The notes under the pieces were generated by a model. The model saw nothing but the letters and a program-made list of their open reading frames with translations, was not told the origin of the DNA and did no database searches. A stretch of DNA of 64,000 nt from Thermodesulfobacteriota bacterium. GTDB lineage: Bacteria > Desulfobacterota > Desulfarculia > JACQYL01. Both the position numbers and the translations under genes were made by a program. Below are positions 60,071 through 64,000 of this stretch, piece by piece. Location: the NCBI GenBank assembly GCA_963675595.2, contig CAXXLZ010000002.1, positions 4,544,001 to 4,608,000 of the forward strand, read 5' to 3'. Numbering within the stretch: position 1 is the stretch's first letter; every line of letters begins with the position of its first letter.

Positions 60071-61413
60071 CGTTTCCGGCGTACCGTTCGGGCCTTGATC
60101 ACGAACCTGAGGAAGGTTCCGAGGCGCCGTTGGAGCGGGGCAAAGCGGAACCATACGAATCAGAGGACATTGAGAGGGAAACCCGGCGAATTCAGAGAGT
60201 CGCTTTGATCGGGTTTCTACTCAATTTATCACTGGCTTTGATCAAGGCCGTGTTGGCGGTCTTTTCCAACAGCTTGGCCGTCACCGCCAGTTTTATCGAT
60301 TCCGGGAGCGATTGCGTCGCCTCGTTGGTGTTGTTTGCGGGGCTGAAACTATCCACGAGGAAGACGAAGACGTTTCCTCAAGGCTTGTATAAGATCGAGA
60401 ATTTCCTGTCCATTTTGGTGGCCCTCTTCATCATGTTCGCAGGATACGAGATCGCTCGTCGCATTATCGAGCCGGCTGCGGACCCCCCTCACATATCGGC
60501 GTCGGTGTTGGCGTGGCTGGCCGTGGGCGTGCCGGCGGTTCTGGGCTTCGGAATCTATGTGGGACGGGTGGCGAAGGAAACCGGTTCCCCCACACTGAGG
60601 GCCGAGAGTGGTCACCGGCGCGTGGATGTATTGTCTTCATTGGTGGTTCTGGCTTCCGCCGCCATGAATTATTTTGGAATTGAATATTCTCTGAGAGGTG
60701 TCTCCATAGATCAACTGGGAGCGGCACTGGTTTTGGTTTTCATCGCGAGTGCGGGATGGAGTCTTCTCTCGGACGGCATGCGGGTATTGCTGGATGCATC
60801 CATTGATTTTGGAACCCTGGAGCGGGTCCGGAGGATTATTGAGGGAGAACCCTCGGTTTCAGCGGTGAACTCCGTAGTGGGAAGAAACGCGGGAAGGTTC
60901 CTCTTTCTTCACGTGGACCTTGCACTGCGAATCAATGATCTTAAAAAGGCTCATCTGATCGGTGAAAGGCTTAAGGAAAGCGTAAGAAGTCAAGTTCCGA
61001 AAATCGAGCGCATTACCATCGAATATGAGCCCAAGTCCCGTGAAGTGTATCGTGTGGCCGTGCCCATTGTGGATCCCGAAGGCCGTATCGCCGACCATTT
61101 CGGAGAAGCACCCTATTTTGCGATCCTCAAGGTCCGTTTGGCGGATAAGGGAACCCAAATGGAAAAGATCCTTCCCAATCCCTTCCTCGATGTTCCTAAA
61201 GGAAAAGGCATTCGAGTGGCGGAATGGCTTGTGGATGAGAAAATCGACGAATTGGTCGTGAAGGAGTTACTGAAGCACAGAGGGCCGGGCTATGTGCTTT
61301 CCAACGCGGGGGTGCGACACCGGGAGGTTTCGTGTGAAACATTGGCGGAGCTGATGAATGAGGGCTCCGAACCGTGTCCGGAAGAAAAGAAAACGAAGGC
61401 AGTGGGAGTGTGA
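60067..61413 (+). CDS. cation diffusion facilitator fused to a C-terminal NifB/NifX-like domain
   Basis: DSGSD, HRRVD, TM helices; C-terminal IADHFGEAPYF, GKGIRVAEWL. Confidence 0.86.
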   Translation: MTFPAYRSGLDHEPEEGSEAPLERGKAEPYESEDIERETRRIQRVALIGFLLNLSLALIKAVLAVFSNSLAVTASFIDSGSDCVASLVLFAGLKLSTRKTKTFPQGLYKIENFLSILVALFIMFAGYEIARRIIEPAADPPHISASVLAWLAVGVPAVLGFGIYVGRVAKETGSPTLRAESGHRRVDVLSSLVVLASAAMNYFGIEYSLRGVSIDQLGAALVLVFIASAGWSLLSDGMRVLLDASIDFGTLERVRRIIEGEPSVSAVNSVVGRNAGRFLFLHVDLALRINDLKKAHLIGERLKESVRSQVPKIERITIEYEPKSREVYRVAVPIVDPEGRIADHFGEAPYFAILKVRLADKGTQMEKILPNPFLDVPKGKGIRVAEWLVDEKIDELVVKELLKHRGPGYVLSNAGVRHREVSCETLAELMNEGSEPCPEEKKTKAVGV

Positions 61414-61515
61414 GTCCATGGAAGTATGAGAAGGGCCGATGCGCCGGCGTGGCGGGCATGGGGCTGATTCCGGACACAAATATCCCAAAATCGTGGGAGA
61501 TTGGGGGATTGGGCC

Positions 61516-62700
61516 ATGGATACGGACAAGAAGGGCGTGAGAGGGGCTGAAGGAACACGAAAAGGAAAGGCCGAAACGTCGGGAGAAGCCCGAGACTCAA
61601 TAATGATTTCGGAGACGGGAAGCGGAAACCGTGAACAGGAGTTCGATCGATTTGTAGTCGATAGCCTGCCTGTGGCGGTGGTCACCGTGGACTCGAACCT
61701 GAGAATCTCCGGATTCAACCCTTGGGCGGAAAGGATCACGGGGTATCGGGCCGGGGAAGCAAAAGGGCGGTTTTGCGGAGATATTCTTCACGGAGGCATG
61801 TGCGGCCTTCGGTGCCCCCTTAAGGCGGTCATGGGGCACAGAGAGCCGATTCTTGGGATGGATACGGTAATTCGCGGAAGGACGGGGAAGGATATCCAGG
61901 TACGGATGAGTATCGCCGGGCTGTTCGATTCGGAAGGGAGACTGCTGGGAGGAGTCGAAACCCTCCAGGACGTTTCCGCTTTGAAGGCTCTCGAACGAGA
62001 AAGATCCAATTTCATATCCATGATCGCTCATGACATGAAATCACCGGTCATCAGCATCCACGGGTTCGCTCATCGTTTGCTGAAGGGAGGCTGCGCCAAA
62101 GACGAGCAGGGCGAGAGATACCTGGAGATCATAGAGGGCGAAGCGGCCAAACTCGAAAGATTGATCAACGAGTTTCTGGAGTTTTCCCGGTACCAACCTG
62201 GAGTACTGACGCTTCACCCGAGCGCCACTTCTCTGGACAAAGAGCTTCATGAACTTCACGAAACCTATCTGCAGAGGGCCGAGGAGCGTGGCTTGACGCT
62301 GGAATTGCGCTCTGATGAGCCGCTGAGCATCATTTCCGCGGATACGGATCGTTTGCGAAGAGTATTTACCAATCTCCTGGATAACGCGATGAAGTTTTCG
62401 GAAGACGGGGGACGCATCACCATCTCGACCGAAGAGACGGCTTCGGAGATTCTAGTGATGATCAGTGATGAGGGGATCGGAATCGATCCCTCCGACCTTC
62501 CCCATGTGTTCGAGCCGTTCTACCGAGGACATGCCGGTGGGAAGAGGGAAGGATTCGGGCTGGGGCTCGCAGGGGCAAAGGCGATCGTCGAGAGCCACGG
62601 AGGATCGATTCAAGTGCAAAGCCGACCAGGGGAGGGATCCACGTTCAAGGTTGCGTTGCCGAAAGTTACGGACCCGAATCCCCAAAGACCGGCGCCGTGA
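61516..62700 (+). CDS. cytoplasmic PAS sensor histidine kinase
   Basis: PAS with Cx8Cx3C; AHDMKSP, NLLDNAMKF, DEGIGI, GFGLGL. Confidence 0.9.
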   Translation: MDTDKKGVRGAEGTRKGKAETSGEARDSIMISETGSGNREQEFDRFVVDSLPVAVVTVDSNLRISGFNPWAERITGYRAGEAKGRFCGDILHGGMCGLRCPLKAVMGHREPILGMDTVIRGRTGKDIQVRMSIAGLFDSEGRLLGGVETLQDVSALKALERERSNFISMIAHDMKSPVISIHGFAHRLLKGGCAKDEQGERYLEIIEGEAAKLERLINEFLEFSRYQPGVLTLHPSATSLDKELHELHETYLQRAEERGLTLELRSDEPLSIISADTDRLRRVFTNLLDNAMKFSEDGGRITISTEETASEILVMISDEGIGIDPSDLPHVFEPFYRGHAGGKREGFGLGLAGAKAIVESHGGSIQVQSRPGEGSTFKVALPKVTDPNPQRPAP

Positions 62701-62817
62701 TTCCTACCTCGAGAGCGCGGTTCGTCCGGCTGTCACCGTTGCCGCAAGCGACCCGACCACCACGCAGATCCGGGGAATGCCTTCATTTGGTGCGAGAGCC
62801 TTACCGAAAAGTCGCTT

Positions 62818-63405
62818 TCAGGCGGACTCATCGTCCGTGGTCTTGGGGGTCTCCATAAGAAGATCTTTGAAGGCGAACAGGTACTTGTAGCCTGAGACAA
62901 TAGTGGCGAAGAGAATGGCCGCCATGATCAAATTGGAGACAATGGGCATGTGACGTCTGATGTAGACGTCATCATGGCCGAAAGGCGCCATAAAGAGCAG
63001 GATGCTCACTCCGACCATTTGAATCAGTGTCTTGGCTTTGCCCCAACGGTTGGCGTGGACTACGGTGGCGCGCTTTTGCGCCACGATGACGCGCAGCGAG
63101 GTGACGATGAGTTCTCGAGCGATCACGACAACCGCCATCCAGGCGGCCACGGTTTGGTACTTTACGAGCACCACGAACGCGGTCATCATCAGGAGTTTAT
63201 CCGCCAACGGATCCAGGATGGCGCCGAGGTCCGTAATCTCGCGCCTGGACCGGGCCAGGTAACCGTCCAAAGGGTCGGTGGCGCAGGCCAGGACAAAGAT
63301 GATCGAAGCCGCCACGCGAGTCCACGTAGTATTGGGAATCGTCAGCACCAGGAACACGGGGATCAACCCGATCCGAGCGAGGGTCACACGATTGGCAAGG
63401 GACAA
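62818..63405 (-). CDS. pgsA: CDP-diacylglycerol--glycerol-3-phosphate 3-phosphatidyltransferase-like
   Basis: ANRVTLARI, TDPLDGYLAR, GAILDPLADK, GKAKT; GGAGG RBS before TTG. Confidence 0.82.
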   Translation of the reverse strand: MSLANRVTLARIGLIPVFLVLTIPNTTWTRVAASIIFVLACATDPLDGYLARSRREITDLGAILDPLADKLLMMTAFVVLVKYQTVAAWMAVVVIARELIVTSLRVIVAQKRATVVHANRWGKAKTLIQMVGVSILLFMAPFGHDDVYIRRHMPIVSNLIMAAILFATIVSGYKYLFAFKDLLMETPKTTDDESA

Positions 63406-63454
63406 GATTGCCTCCGGGAAGGGAATATCTGATACGTTGTTGATGGTTTCGCAG

Positions 63455-64000
63455 TCAATCCGATGAAAGGATGGCCAGGAGCACGGAGGAGCGTTTGGCT
63501 TCCACCGGGGTTCGGTCCAGGATTTCACTCATCCTCTCGCTGTCGAGCCCCAAGTGTTTCCATACGGAATTCTCGAAGCGGGGAAGAGCGCTGCTGCCGC
63601 TGAAGCCGAACTTTCCTTTGATGCAGATGAAGTCGGCGATGTGTGTTAGGGCCACTAAGTCCGAGTGCTCTTTCGGGGCCTGCTCGGGCTCATGGTGGTA
63701 CAGGATTCCATAAAAAACGGAAGGTGGGAGGGACCATTTATAGGCAAGCCAAGCGCCCACCTGGGCGTGAGTCGCATGAAGGACTTCGCGTTCCGCCTCG
63801 GAAATGTGAATCCCTCGTTCGACGGTCAGCTCCAGGACCCGGCCGAAGGATTCGTTGAAATACTGTTCCAGGACGATTTTCCCCATGTCGTGCAACAGTC
63901 CCATGAGGTGCAACTCGTCCTTTCCATAGACACTGCTCAGCTCTCCTCCGCATACATCGTACACGATGCTGTTTATGACCCCGGTGGTAATGCAGTGCTG
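63455..64000 (-). CDS. HDOD-domain protein (5' end outside window)
   Basis: GLLHDMGK, HAQVGAWLAYKWSLP, YHHEP. Confidence 0.85.
   Translation of the reverse strand, partial: QHCITTGVINSIVYDVCGGELSSVYGKDELHLMGLLHDMGKIVLEQYFNESFGRVLELTVERGIHISEAEREVLHATHAQVGAWLAYKWSLPPSVFYGILYHHEPEQAPKEHSDLVALTHIADFICIKGKFGFSGSSALPRFENSVWKHLGLDSERMSEILDRTPVEAKRSSVLLAILSSD

Noticed and set aside
1-64000. tRNA, rRNA, CRISPR arrays and selenocysteine read-through
   Set aside because: No cloverleaf or T-loop in intergenic DNA, no regularly spaced repeats, and no ORF broken by TGA at a conserved Cys was noticed.

Overview
GC-rich bacterial chromosomal window. The gene content (ORP-like sigma-54 cluster, MoeA pair plus FdhD, TIGR03960-type radical SAM next to rng, several ferredoxins) suggests an anaerobic Desulfobacterota, probably Syntrophobacterales-like; this is an inference. 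In order it holds: a branched-chain amino acid operon (leuC'-leuD-ilvD-ilvB-ilvH-ilvC-leuB), a rhodanese/MauE pair, a hydantoinase/oxoprolinase pair, tsaA, a cold-shock gene, a Cache-domain MCP, an aryl-polyene-type lipid cluster with no ketosynthase, mce, a diguanylate cyclase, a complete 1733-bp IS with a 9-bp target duplication, Mo/W-cofactor genes, a radical SAM gene and rng, redox proteins, YdbH/YdbL, a CysRS-like gene, Hsp20, an OrpR-like sigma-54 operon, a PAS histidine kinase, a pgsA-like gene and a partial HDOD gene. The main leads are: (1) a CysRS paralogue with intact ATP motifs but a rebuilt amino-acid/Zn pocket and no anticodon-binding tail; (2) the ketosynthase-less APE-like cluster coupled to mce; (3) an ORP-like operon flanked by two PAS sensors sharing a Cx8Cx3C motif; (4) a ~150-bp MITE-like element present twice; (5) a switch-like three-way-junction RNA before ilvB. 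I saw no tRNA, rRNA or CRISPR array. All assignments come from motif recognition by eye, with no database search, and start codons are best guesses.
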